Assembly: GCF_001194135.2 (NCBI RefSeq)
Contig: NC_068985.1
Coordinates: 114,263,593-114,315,327, forward strand
DNA from: Octopus bimaculoides
Taxonomy: Eukaryota
Length of the DNA stretch: 51,735 nt
Direction: 5' to 3'
Shown piece after piece: positions 11,242 to 22,370 of the stretch (positions within the stretch are counted from its first letter, which is position 1; each line of letters opens with the position of its first letter). Below the pieces are notes generated by a model that made no database searches, had not been told where the DNA came from, and saw only the letters and a program-made list of their open reading frames with translations. The translations under genes were made by a program, and so were the position numbers.

Positions 11242-11792
11242 GGAAGAAAGCAGTGGCAGGAGGAGGAAGAGGAGGTGAGTGAGTGAGTGAGTGAGTGAGT
11301 GATAGAACTGTGGATGGTATAGAGAGAGAGAGGAAGTAAAGAAAGGATTACTGCCACAGCCTATCTTTTCTTCTATATCCACAACTATTGCATGCTTAAC
11401 ACTTGATGGACAGAGGTGGGAGGAGTGGGAATAGAAAGAAAAACTATGCTTAGGGTGTTGTGTAGAGGAAAGAAGGTGTAAGTGGAGAACCATCATCATC
11501 ATCAATGTAAGAATGGAAGAGAAATGACAGCTTGGTAGAGATGTGGGAGGCAGTCCCAGGAGGAGGAATTAAGCTAAAGAGATTTGACTTCCCAGGGATT
11601 AAAGTAGTTGGCACAACTTGATAAGCTTTTTTTGTTTTTTCCTTTCATATTTATTATTGTTTTTTTTTCCCTAAAATAATGAGGATGATTAAGAAAATAT
11701 TAATTTGTCAAGAACCAAGTTCAATTCCTGTTACAGTTGATTTGGTTTTTCATTTTCCATTGGCAAACCATGTACCAAACCTAGCTAATTAA

Positions 11793-11991
11793 GAGGGGCG
11801 TATTTTCTGGGGGTGTGTGCTAGATGTGCACCTCACTCCCATTGGAAACAGCAAATTCATTATAAATATTAACCGTACTCATTAATTTAATCACAAATCT
11901 TAATGGAAAACTTTTGCTACACCCCAGCTTGAAATTTGGTGGCATTGGGTGTGGCAGCACACCCCAATACGATAACCACCATATGCCACTG
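11793..11991. mobile_element. hAT-type MITE (old)
   Basis: Ends gAGGGGCGTAT / ATATGCCACTG; flanks CTAATTAA and CAAATTAA give a 7/8 match to an 8-bp TSD. Confidence 0.65.
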
Positions 11992-12024
11992 CAAATTAAT
12001 TGAGTGACACAATAATTAATCATC

Positions 12025-12215
12025 GTCATCATTGCCATCATTTAATGTCCAAGTTGGGTGGCTTGACAGGATCTGATGGGTTCAAGGATTCGCACTGTGC
12101 ACCACTATCAGCTTCGGTATGGTTTCTACAGCTGGATGCCCTTCCTAACATCAACCACTTTACAGAGTGTACTGGGTAGGGTTTTTCTTTTTTCATGCCA
12201 CCAGCAATACCTCCA
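12025..12215 (-). mobile_element. SINE 3' part, B2 type
   Basis: tttctacagctggatgcccttcctaacatcaaccact, shared with 22185 and 24630. Confidence 0.75.
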
Positions 12216-12345
12216 GAGAGGGCATTTATGTAGGAAATGAATAAAAATATGAAAGGGATGGGAAGGAAAAAGGAGCAAGCAGCTTCTTGTAGAGAAGTCA
12301 CTGCCCTTTAAGTTAATTGTTTAAATGGTTAACCAACTGACAAAC

Positions 12346-12830
12346 AATAATTCTTTCTATTATAGGCAAAGTGGACGCATGTGACTTAGTGGTTTTGGTG
12401 TTGATTGTAAGATCGTGGTTTTGATTACTGGACCAGGTGATGTGTTATGCTCTTGAGCAAAACACTTCATTTCACTTTGCTCCAGTCCACTCAGTTAGCA
12501 AAAATGAGTAATCACGTGACAGACTACTGTCCTGTCCAGTGGGGGAATGTATGTGTCACAGAAACTGGCCCAATGTGTCTATATCACTTGGGAAAGATCT
12601 TTATCCTAATATCTCTTATAGGAATGAGGCCTGAAATTTTAGGGGTGGGAGGGCAAGTTGATTACATCAATCCCAGTGTTCTTCAACTGGTACTTATTTT
12701 AACATCAACCCCCAAAAGGATGAAAGGAAAAGTTGATGTTAGTGGAATCTGAACTCAAAAAGTAAAGCTGGAAGAAATGCTACTAAGCTTTTTGGCCAGC
12801 ATTGAAATGGTTCTACTAGCTTGCCATTTT
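12346..12830 (-). mobile_element. Family C SINE (C2) split by a family D insertion
   Basis: Tail ttctttctattataggc at 12350-12367 resumes at about 12614 as ttatagg..gaggcctgaaatttt. Confidence 0.7.
12373..12601 (+). mobile_element. Family D SINE (tRNA head plus CORE-like central domain)
   Basis: gtgacttagtgg...cttgagcaaaacacttcatttcactttgctccagtccactcag. Confidence 0.75.
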
Positions 12831-13590
12831 CAAATGGCTAATGATAATAAAAGAAGTTAAACAGAACCAGTGCATGTGTTTACTAACAGCATAATGATCC
12901 TCCCAAGACACAACAAAACATGTACCAATTGGCTGTTATTGATTAAGCATTTAGTCAGTCCAGATCCAGCAAACCTATAATCAAAAATGTACTTGTCAAG
13001 ACCATTACAGTTCTTATTCAGATGGTGAATCAAGGATTACACAGTTTCTAGTCTCTGTAAGATACCAAACTGACTGCATGTTTCCTATACATTTGCGAGT
13101 TTTCTTGTGTGAAAATAAAAAAATTATTTAATCCAACAACTCCAATGAGGCTGTTGTCAGTCTGTTTTGACAAGACTCATATCATTTAGTAAAATTAACT
13201 AAAAGAGAGTGCAGTGAACGTGCTGTGGGGAGAGGAAAATCCAGTGTTTCAAGTTCTTCTTCATGGAATAATTAACAGGAGAGAAATTAACGAGAAAGGA
13301 CTGTCCAAAACATTTGATTTTTTTTTCCCACTCTCCATAAAAAAAGTGTTGAGGATGAAGGCATTGTCAATAGACATGTTGATTGTGTGTTGGGTTAAGA
13401 TTAATAAGGATACATCTACACATGACATGTTGGTGTCTGTGGATGTTTTGTTTGTGTCGAGTAATTAGGCTCATAGTTCATGAAGGTGCTGCAGTAAGCA
13501 ATGAGTATGAGAGGTAGGCTGGGGGAGAGAGGAGAAAATAAGTAGAGGAGAGGTAGAAAGAGGTGGAGAGAGAAAGGGATATATCTATAC

Positions 13591-13683
<93 letters not shown>

Positions 13684-13684
13684 G

Positions 13685-13718
<34 letters not shown>
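13591..13718. repeat. (GATA)n then (GA)n microsatellite
   Basis: Direct reading. Confidence 0.98.
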
Positions 13719-13745
13719 CATATGTGTATCAGAACTCCAAATATG

Positions 13746-14191
13746 NNNNNNNNNNNNNNNNNNNNNNNNNNNNNNNNNNNNNNNNNNNNNNNNNNNNNNN
13801 NNNNNNNNNNNNNNNNNNNNNNNNNNNNNNNNNNNNNNNNNNNNNNNNNNNNNNNNNNNNNNNNNNNNNNNNNNNNNNNNNNNNNNNNNNNNNNNNNNNN
13901 NNNNNNNNNNNNNNNNNNNNNNNNNNNNNNNNNNNNNNNNNNNNNNNNNNNNNNNNNNNNNNNNNNNNNNNNNNNNNNNNNNNNNNNNNNNNNNNNNNNN
14001 NNNNNNNNNNNNNNNNNNNNNNNNNNNNNNNNNNNNNNNNNNNNNNNNNNNNNNNNNNNNNNNNNNNNNNNNNNNNNNNNNNNNNNNNNNNNNNNNNNNN
14101 NNNNNNNNNNNNNNNNNNNNNNNNNNNNNNNNNNNNNNNNNNNNNNNNNNNNNNNNNNNNNNNNNNNNNNNNNNNNNNNNNNNNNNNNNNN
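13746..14191. other. Assembly gap (N)
   Basis: N run. Confidence 1.
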
Positions 14192-14273
14192 CCAGTCCTC
14201 AGTCAAATCGTCCAACCCATGCTAGCATGGAAAGCGGACGTTAAACGATGATGATAATGATGATGATGATGAT
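14192..14273 (+). mobile_element. B2 SINE 3' end emerging from the gap
   Basis: ccagtcctcagtcaaatcgtccaacccatgctagcatggaaagcggacgttaaa(GAT)n matches the reverse complement of 24630-24680. Confidence 0.8.
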
Positions 14274-14515
14274 GTGGCTGAGCACTCCACAAACATGTGT
14301 ATCCTCAACGTAAGTTCTCAGGGAGATTCAGCACGACACAGTATGCGACAAGGCTGGCTCTTTGAAACATAGGCAATACTCATTTTTGCCAGCTGAGTAA
14401 ACTAGAGCAACGTGAAATAGAGTGTCTTGCTCAAGGACACAACATGTCGATGAGAATTGAACTCACAACCTTATGATTGTGAGCTGAATATCCTAACCAC
14501 TAAGACACGCACCTT
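14274..14515 (-). mobile_element. Family D SINE carrying the 3' module shared with family E
   Basis: tRNA head at 14450-14515; CORE-like block at 14378-14430; the gtggctgagcactccac...gacaaggctgg module matches 48875-48975. Confidence 0.85.
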
Positions 14516-14734
14516 AACGACCCAGGCGAATTAACAGAGCAAAGTGAAATATTTGTGACTGGGAATTGAATCCTTCATTGCAAACTCACTGGTACACTCT
14601 AAACTCACAACTATGGAATCGTCACAGCGGCTGATGATACATTTGCTGCAAAGAATGGGTATTGAGACAAAGTGTATCGTACATATTTTAAACCATAATG
14701 TCTTTCTCACCATCTGTAACTTTTTTTTATCTCT

Positions 14735-15005
14735 ATCTTTTAAATTTTACTTGTTTCAATAATCGGACTGTGGCCAGGTCACTGCCTTGAAAGGTTTTGT
14801 CGACATAAACAAACCAAACATCAGCTATCAAGCAATGTATACAACGGGTTTCCTCACAGTTTTCATCTACTAAATCCACTCACGAGACATTGGTCAGCTC
14901 GGGGTTATATTAGAAGACACTTATTGGCCTAAGGTGCCTCACAATGGGACTGAACTCAAAAATCATGAGGCCGCTTTGCAAAGCAAGTTTCTTAAGCCAC
15001 ACAAC
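14735..15005 (-). mobile_element. Family A SINE, decayed, with internal deletions
   Basis: acttgtttcaat...atccactcacgag...gggactgaac. Confidence 0.7.
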
Positions 15006-15305
15006 TATGTGTTGTAACAATGTTTGTTTAAAACGATTTTCTTCCTCTGCAGGAATATGAAGACACTGCAAGTGAGAGGTGTCAATACAATAATAATGAT
15101 AATAATAATACAAGTAAAAATAGCACCAACAATATCATACAAACAAGAACCTACTGTGTGAAAGATCTAAAGAGCAAAACCACTACAACTAACATTTCAG
15201 TCTAACAAAACACCCTCCCAATCTCCCTCTCTCTTTTCATTCTCTCTCTGTTCTCTCTCTCCCGTTCTTTTAGTCTAAACTAAACACAACTTACAACACA
15301 AAAAA

Positions 15306-15338
<33 letters not shown>

Positions 15339-15896
15339 GAAAGGAAAGAAAAAACCCCTCTAGGGGAAAAACGGCAAGTTCAATCGCTTTCATGTGTTTA
15401 ACATTTTACATTAATAAAATATAGAATATCCAGGGAAAAGGTTTTTGAAAAACCAAGTCAGTTTCTATCCATACAGAAACTAGAAAACAAGCGAGGAAGA
15501 AAAAGCCAGATGAATGGCTATGAATAGCCAGAGCTAGAAATGCTCAAGGGATTATCTGGCCGAGACAAAGAGATAGCAAGCAAACAGTTGAAACTGGAGG
15601 CCAGCCTATAGAAATATGAATAATCTATAAGAAGAAAATTCTTTCTTGGCGAGTTGCAGGCATTAAACTAAACAAAACCATTCATAATTGATGTTAACTA
15701 CAATCAGAGAGCAGTGATTTAAAAATCCACAATTTGCCAATCTAAAATTGACATAGTCAGTTTACTCACTTGCTCACGGAACAGACATATACATACGCTT
15801 TCTGAGTTTGTGTGTGTGTGTGACTGTGTGCATGCATGCATAAGCTTATGTGTGTTGGTATTGTTGTTTAGCCACAGGTCAGGCCTGATTGAACAG

Positions 15897-15939
<43 letters not shown>

Positions 15940-16004
15940 TAGCCCAAGGTTGTTCCTAACCAAGCAGAAGTGTGACTGTTTGCATGTGAATATAATTTTA
16001 CATG

Positions 16005-16210
16005 TTGTGGTTATTTAGCCCTAGGCTAGCTCTTATCCAGTATACCTATGATCAAAGGCAATCCAACCATACTGATACTATTTCTTCAACCTATATGCTG
16101 AAAAGTCATTGCACATCATTATACAATGCATCCTTTTCTTAAACAGTTGGGTGTAATTTGAGAAATAAAAAATTAGCAGCTATTTCTAGCTGGTCAAGCA
16201 TAGACTCTCC
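16005..16210 (-). repeat. Repeat G copy
   Basis: tttagccct..gct...acctatgatcaaaggc...gcagctatttctagc. Confidence 0.55.
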
Positions 16211-16227
16211 CTTGATGGCTTGTTATA

Positions 16228-16608
16228 TACTCTTTACTCTTACTTGTTTCAGTCATTTGACTGCGGCCATGCTGGAGCGCCGCCTTTAGTTGTGCAAATC
16301 ACCCCCAGGACTTATTCTATAGGTCTGTTTTGCCATTGCCAAACTGCTAAGTTACAGCGACGTAAACACACCAGCATCAGTTGTCAAGCAATGTTGGGGG
16401 GACAAACAGACACACATACATATATATATATATATACATATATACGATGGGCTTTTTTTCAGTTTCTGTCTACCAAATCTACTCACAAGGCTATGGTCGG
16501 CCCAAGGCTATAGTAGAAGACACTTGCCCAAGGTGCCACGCAGTGCGACTGAACCTGGAACCATGTGGTTAGTAAGCAAGTTACTTACCACACAGCCACT
16601 CCTGCGCC
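16228..16608 (-). mobile_element. Family A SINE (A1), full length
   Basis: Near-identical to the reverse complement of 8170-8567. Confidence 0.95.
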
Positions 16609-17229
16609 TGTGTATGTATGTTTTTCTACATGCATGAGTGCTTATTTAAAAAAATAACTTATGTAAACTACCCAGACATCCAAAGCAGCCAGACTGTAGT
16701 ATAAGATGAATAGTTAAAATGACTAATTTTAATGGAAATGATGACTATACTATGATGGTGATGACAGCAGTGGTGGTGGTGATGGTGGTTGTGAAGGTAG
16801 TGGTGATGATGGTAGCAATGCTAATAGTATGTTGCTGCTACTGCTGGTGGTAGTGGTAGTATTGTAATGGTGTTGGTATTGACAGTGGAATAAAGGAAGA
16901 CCTGTACTTAAAACAGATGTCTAACTGTTTGTTGTCTGGAGAAGAAAAGGCCAATTATATCGCTAAAGTTGTTATGGTTATTTGAGAACAGGAGGATTGA
17001 AAGGGCAAATTTTGCAGTTAGCCTTAACCCACATCACAAAAAAAAATTTTCCCTCCGCCCAAGCAATCCTTCCCCGCTCTTTGCCAAATTGCCATCACAA
17101 CACTGAGAAGAGATCACGGAAACTGTGTCTTGTGTTACATAGACATTTACACTGACATAGAAAACACACAATAAACAAAAAATACTTGTATCAAATTTTA
17201 TGTTGTGTGGGAGAGGTTAAATAGGACTG

Positions 17230-17615
17230 GGGGTACAGATATGGTGAAACGGCTGAGAAGTTTTGCTTGGCGAATCATGAAGTCTAGGTTTCAATTCTGC
17301 TGCAGGACACCACACAGCAGTCAAGTATTGTCTGTTATGGCTCTGGGTTTACTCAACCCTTTAGCATTTAAACCGGCCATATCCGGCCAAAAGTATCCTG
17401 CCTGTTTTATGTTAGAACTGGCCAGATCTGGTCTCTCACACCAACCCTACAATATCGTTTTAAAAATTAGCAGCTACCTCATCAAAATCTCATAGCTACA
17501 AGATAATGCATGATTAGTTCAAAACAATGTGGATAAAAAAGCATCAATTTTGGCAGAATAATGTGAACACTAAAGGGTTAATCCTTGTGAGTGAGATTGA
17601 GTAGATGGGGAAGTA
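17230..17615 (+). mobile_element. Family A SINE head, old, split by a P1 MITE
   Basis: gagaagttttgctt...ggtttcaattctgctgc...ctctgggtttactcaa [MITE] tccttgtgagtgagattgagtagatgg. Confidence 0.6.
17357..17577 (+). mobile_element. piggyBac-like MITE, family P1
   Basis: tcaa|CCCTTTAG ... CTAAAGGG|TTAA; 221 bp. Confidence 0.85.
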
Positions 17616-18039
17616 CCTGGAATTCAAATTATTAACCTGTACACACTTCATACCAACTCTTTCAACAAGGAATGTTGATATGTTGTGCTTACAATTTTAC
17701 AAGCATTAACTGCAGAAAGTGGTTTTACCCTATGGCTTTGAAAAAAAAAACCTCTTCTTATGCTACAAGAAGTGGAGATATGCCCGGTGACATTTTTACA
17801 GAGAACAAATTTGTTTTAATTTTCTTAATTTTTCTCCCCCATAATTAATCTCAAATATCTCTTTACAGATCAAAAAACCAAATACTCTTAGTGGTGGATA
17901 CGAAAACTGGAACCTTACAAGCCTGACCTGTGGCTAAAACAACACTAACACACACATAAGTTTACACATGCACATACCCACATGCAGATCCACATGTGAA
18001 ATTTAATTACACAATCAAAAGAGTTAATGATGCTGATGA

Positions 18040-18205
18040 TGATCATCATTTAATATCTGTCCCTGAAGCTGACAAGTGTTGCACAGTTCGAAAGGCTCCA
18101 AGGAACTGGAGGACTACAGTGAGTTCCAATGTCTGTTTTGGCATGGTTTCTGAATGATCGTTTCTTTCAAGCAACAACCAATTTACAGAGTGCATCATGT
18201 GCTCT
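18040..18205 (-). mobile_element. B2 SINE 3' part, decayed
   Basis: catcatttaatatctg...gtctgttttggcatggtttct...caaccaatttacagagtg. Confidence 0.55.
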
Positions 18206-18458
18206 TTTCTTTCTTTCTTTCCTTCTTTCCTTCCTTCTTTCTTTCTTTCACACCAGCCCTAGTTTAATTGCCTGATAACTTGTAAGATAAACACAAAAAA
18301 AGCAGCCGGGTAAGCGAGTGGGGCCATTGTAGAAGGAGAGATAGTTTTTATACTAGATGTTGAGAAAGAGGAACAACCACAAATCTCTAGAAGACATACA
18401 TGGCTCCCCTAACAACATAAAAGTAGCTTAGCAGGTCAGAAAGAATTTGGTAGAAAAG

Positions 18459-18688
18459 GCGGTGAGATGCCAGAAACGTTAGCATGCCGGGCGAAATGCT
18501 TAGCGGCATTTCATCAGCTGTTACGTTCTGAGTTCAAATTCCGCCGAGGTCGACTTTGCCTTTCATCCTTCCGGAGTCGATAAATTAAGTACCAGTTACG
18601 CACTAGGGTCGATCTAACCAACTTAATCCCTTTGTCTGTCCTTGTTTGTCCCCTCTGTGTTTAGCCTCTTGTGGGCAATAAAGAAATA
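18459..18688 (+). mobile_element. Family C SINE (C1), young, with an 18-21-bp perfect TSD
   Basis: AGAAAGAATTTGGTAGAAAAG at 18438-18458 and 18689-18709; B box gagttcaaattcc. Confidence 0.95.
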
Positions 18689-18754
18689 AGAAAGAATTTG
18701 GTAGAAAAGCCACACACACACAAAAAAAAAAAAAAGAAAAAGGAATAGAAGGCA

Positions 18755-19093
18755 CTGGAGTTATTTTGTTCAACTAAACCAGTGGTTTTCAACTATTTTC
18801 TGCCGATGGACCCTTTTGATTCCTACTGGACATCTAGAGCCATTCAATGTAGATATAAAAAAAAATGTCCCACCGTTTTCTTAATAAAGATTATTAGGTA
18901 TTGTATAAAAAATTTAATATTATGTGCGTTGTAGAAGCATAAGCAATTTATTGCACATAAATTTTAACAACAAAATCTTAATACACCCCCACCCCAGGGG
19001 TCATATGGATCTTGGTTTAGAACCACTGACTAAATTCTCGAAGGCAGTGCTCCAGCATGGTGGCTGTAGTCCAATCGCTGAAACAAATAAAAG
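18755..19093 (+). mobile_element. Family A 3' end split by a hAT MITE
   Basis: ttgttcaactaaa [hAT] actaaattctcgaaggcagtgctccagcatgg. Confidence 0.6.
18780..19028. mobile_element. hAT (Charlie-like) MITE
   Basis: TIRs CAGTGGTTTTCAAC / GTTTAGAACCACTG; actaaa duplicated at both flanks (imperfect TSD). Confidence 0.8.
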
Positions 19094-19121
19094 CTAGATT
19101 ACTGGGCACATTATGATACAA

Positions 19122-19320
19122 GCAAAGGAGTCTATGTACTCATTCAATCATCTAGAAACTGAAGCCAAATATCCCTCAAATCACAAACCACCACTTTATA
19201 AAAGAATAAGTTCACACTGGATAATGTACTCCTAGATACACAGTGTCTGAATGTAGATATCATGGGCAAGAACAACTTTGATTATAGGTCTGTCTAGTCA
19301 AGACTGACTTGGGGATAAGC
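19122..19320 (+). repeat. Repeat G, most complete copy
   Basis: gccaaatatccctcaaatcaca...ggataatgtactcctagatacac...tttgattataggtctg...gactgacttgggg. Confidence 0.6.
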
Positions 19321-20000
19321 GTCTATAACTAGCTGGTGGTAGTGCAGTAAGTAACTAACCACACAGTAACTATAACCCAAACAACTCGCAAAACAGGCAG
19401 ATTCTTTAAACTGATTAATTTTCATCTACAAACCATGTCCTTATTTGTCAAAAATTCCAGCTGTGACCCCCTACATTTGGATGTATCAGTGTTTAAATCT
19501 GAACGCCTCAAATGCTTAAATAAACAACAATTATTTAAGTTGTGCTCATAGTATGACTACAAGAAATCGGGACAGAACATACCAACAGAAAAAGACGGGA
19601 GGGGATATACAGCATGGTTAACTGTAGACACACACTAAAGACAAGCATAACAAAATTTTAAAAAACAAGACACTATGCATACGTATAATATACACTGAAA
19701 ATCGTATTTACATACTGAACATACATATACATCATGATGCAAGTCTGCATTCATTTATTCATACATATTAAAACATTTAGTTGTAGGTCACATTTTAAAC
19801 ATATATATAAACACACTTTGAAATGCATACACGTTAAAAGATATAAAAATTATACAAGGCGCATACACACATATGGAAGGAGACACATTCTTCGCACACA
19901 TACACACAAGAGGTATACTTATATCTCGTACACGTTAAAATATACATGGCTTGTATGTGTATATATGCGTGTGTATGTATGTGTGTGGGTGTGTGTGCGT

Positions 20001-20035
<35 letters not shown>

Positions 20036-20388
20036 AAGATTTATAGAAAAATAAACAAATAAGAAGTAAAAGACTTTTGGGAGAGGGAGAAGAGAAAGAG
20101 AGGTGAGTGAAAATGAATTTCAGCACCGAAAGAAAGAAGTGGGAGGTATAGATATTAATTCTCTAGAAGAGAAATCTTTAAGGCTGAAGAAAGTTTTATG
20201 TAACGTTATCTAGAACGGGAGAGGGGGTGGTGTCTTCTTTCTTCCCATCCGCCAAGCTTGCATTGAATATCTCAGTAACGACAGAGCTACCAAGCTGCCA
20301 GTAATAGCATTGACAGCATCAATATACGCAAACGAATCTTGTTATAAAATAATAATACTAATATTAATAACAATAATGATAAAAATAA

Positions 20389-20922
20389 ATGCTCTGATAC
20401 AACATCAGGCACTGGCTCTCATGGCTTCTCATCTTAACTGATTGGAAGTGTTATCATGTTTTGTCGTCTTGGTATAAAAGATGGGCTACAGCAAATATTC
20501 TACTGCTTGTCACTTGCCTGACCTTAACCAGTTGAGCATGTCCCTTAGTGGCTGACAATATGTGCATCTCTGATCATGAGCAGAAGTAGTGGAGGGAGCA
20601 TCATAACCATGTGTCAAGAGGAATTCTTTGGGGTTTGAATAATTCACCTCTGGAAGCATGAGTGTTTCGTTCAACATCTTTAAGCAACCCTTATTCAGGG
20701 ACCTTTTGAGTGGGGCGAGCTACTCAATCTGAAGAAAATTCTAACTGGGCCCCACCTGCGAGGTCATGCGCTGTTTATCTTGATATGAGATCACCATGTC
20801 GCACACATATGGTTGTGATGCATGTGCCTGGCGTACCCTTAACAGACGGGTAATCATGATGGGTATACTGGGCTACGTATATTTTACCCCAGCGTCACTT
20901 CGATGGCATGCACTGTACTCTC
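20389..20922. mobile_element. Unclassified ~530-bp interspersed repeat F, flanked by (AAT)n
   Basis: Its 3' ~350 bp align co-linearly with 51140-51488. Confidence 0.75.
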
Positions 20923-21057
20923 AATAATAATGATGATGATAACAACACCACCAACAGCAACAACAACATTTAAATTTTTAAAATAGAGAGAAAGAGGTCA
21001 AGGAAGTCACCATCATTTAATATCCACTTTCCAGGCCTTGCAAGTGTCTTTTTCTTT

Positions 21058-21240
21058 TTTTACATGTTTCAGTCATTGGACTGCAGCCATGCTGGTACAT
21101 TGCCTTGAAGGGTTTAGTCAAACAAATCAACTCCAGTACTTATTTTTATCAAGTCTGGTACCTATTCCTTAGGGTCCCTTTTGCCAAACTGCTAAGTTAT
21201 GGGGATGCAAACAAACCAACACTAGGTATCAGATGGCCGT

Positions 21241-21285
<45 letters not shown>

Positions 21286-21345
21286 TGGGCATCTTTCAGT
21301 TTCCCTTTACAAAATCCACTCTGAAAGCTTCAGTCGACCCAGGGC
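21058..21345 (-). mobile_element. Family A SINE, 5'-truncated
   Basis: tttcagtcattggactgcagccatgctgg...ctaagttatgggga...(CA)n. Confidence 0.75.
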
Positions 21346-21514
21346 TATGGATTGGAAATAAGCTTCTTAGATCCACAGACAGTATACATTGGAGCACATT
21401 TTCTACAGTTGGATGCTTTAATCTGAATGAGAAGAATTTTTTAGACAGCAAAACAATAATAATAAAAAATTGCTCTTCAAGTGTTTAAAATCTGAAAGCA
21501 ACAAGGGGAACAAC

Positions 21515-21672
21515 NNNNNNNNNNNNNNNNNNNNNNNNNNNNNNNNNNNNNNNNNNNNNNNNNNNNNNNNNNNNNNNNNNNNNNNNNNNNNNNNNNNNNN
21601 NNNNNNNNNNNNNNNNNNNNNNNNNNNNNNNNNNNNNNNNNNNNNNNNNNNNNNNNNNNNNNNNNNNNNNNN
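21515..21672. other. Assembly gap (N)
   Basis: N run flanked by caac on both sides. Confidence 1.
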
Positions 21673-21781
21673 CAACAAGCTGAAATTTTGAAGTCGGTGT
21701 TGACTTTTTCCTTGTAGAAATTAATATGTAATCTACTCAAAAGTATGGAGTAATACTTCAGTTTCATGTGAATTTGTGTGA

Positions 21782-21827
<46 letters not shown>

Positions 21828-21893
21828 ACACACCACATAGGCTCTACTTGTGTATGTACATATATGTGTAGTTGCATACACACACATGCACGA

Positions 21894-22150
21894 TTACTCC
21901 TTCTTGTCAAAAGAGTGCCATGTTCCATGACTGAACTTTGCACGACCATGCAGGTGACTCTTCAGACCAGCTTCCGTTCTGTAAGCACATTCACAGCAAC
22001 ACTTGAAACGTCTGTCTCTTGGCCTCACCGCCTGAGTTGTGATCTCATGTATTTTACCATTCCTGGTCAGGTCACCAACTGACTTGCAAATTAAGCCAAA
22101 CTCATTAAAAATATGCCATGGAAGGTGTGGCAATAGAACCACCTCACAAG
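21894..22150 (-). mobile_element. Decayed two-C2H2-finger coding relic, probably the C-terminus of an RTE-clade LINE ORF2
   Basis: FNEFGLICKSVGDLTRNGKIH...FKCCCECAYRTEAGLKSHLHGR fits C-x2-C-G-x2-C-K-S-x2-G-L-x2-H with substituted ligands. Confidence 0.55.
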
Positions 22151-22184
22151 CTACTAGAGAAATATACACACATACATAATCATT

Positions 22185-22370
22185 ATCCTCTTTTAATGTC
22201 TGTCCTTCATGCTGGCATGGGCTGGACAGTTTGACAGGAGTTGGCCAACTCAAAGGCTGTCTGGGCTCCATTTGTCTGTTCTAGCATTGTTTCTATGACT
22301 GGATGCTCTTCCTAACACCAACCACTTTATAGAGTGTACTAGGTGCTTTTATGTGGCACTTCTATGAGTA
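22185..22370 (-). mobile_element. B2 SINE 3' part
   Basis: ttcatgctggcatgggctggacag...ggatgctcttcctaacaccaaccacttt. Confidence 0.7.

Noticed and set aside
14614-14650. Possible 37-nt minus-strand exon (ttctttgcAG...GTgagt)
   Set aside because: Very short, with an unrecognised peptide and no supporting context.
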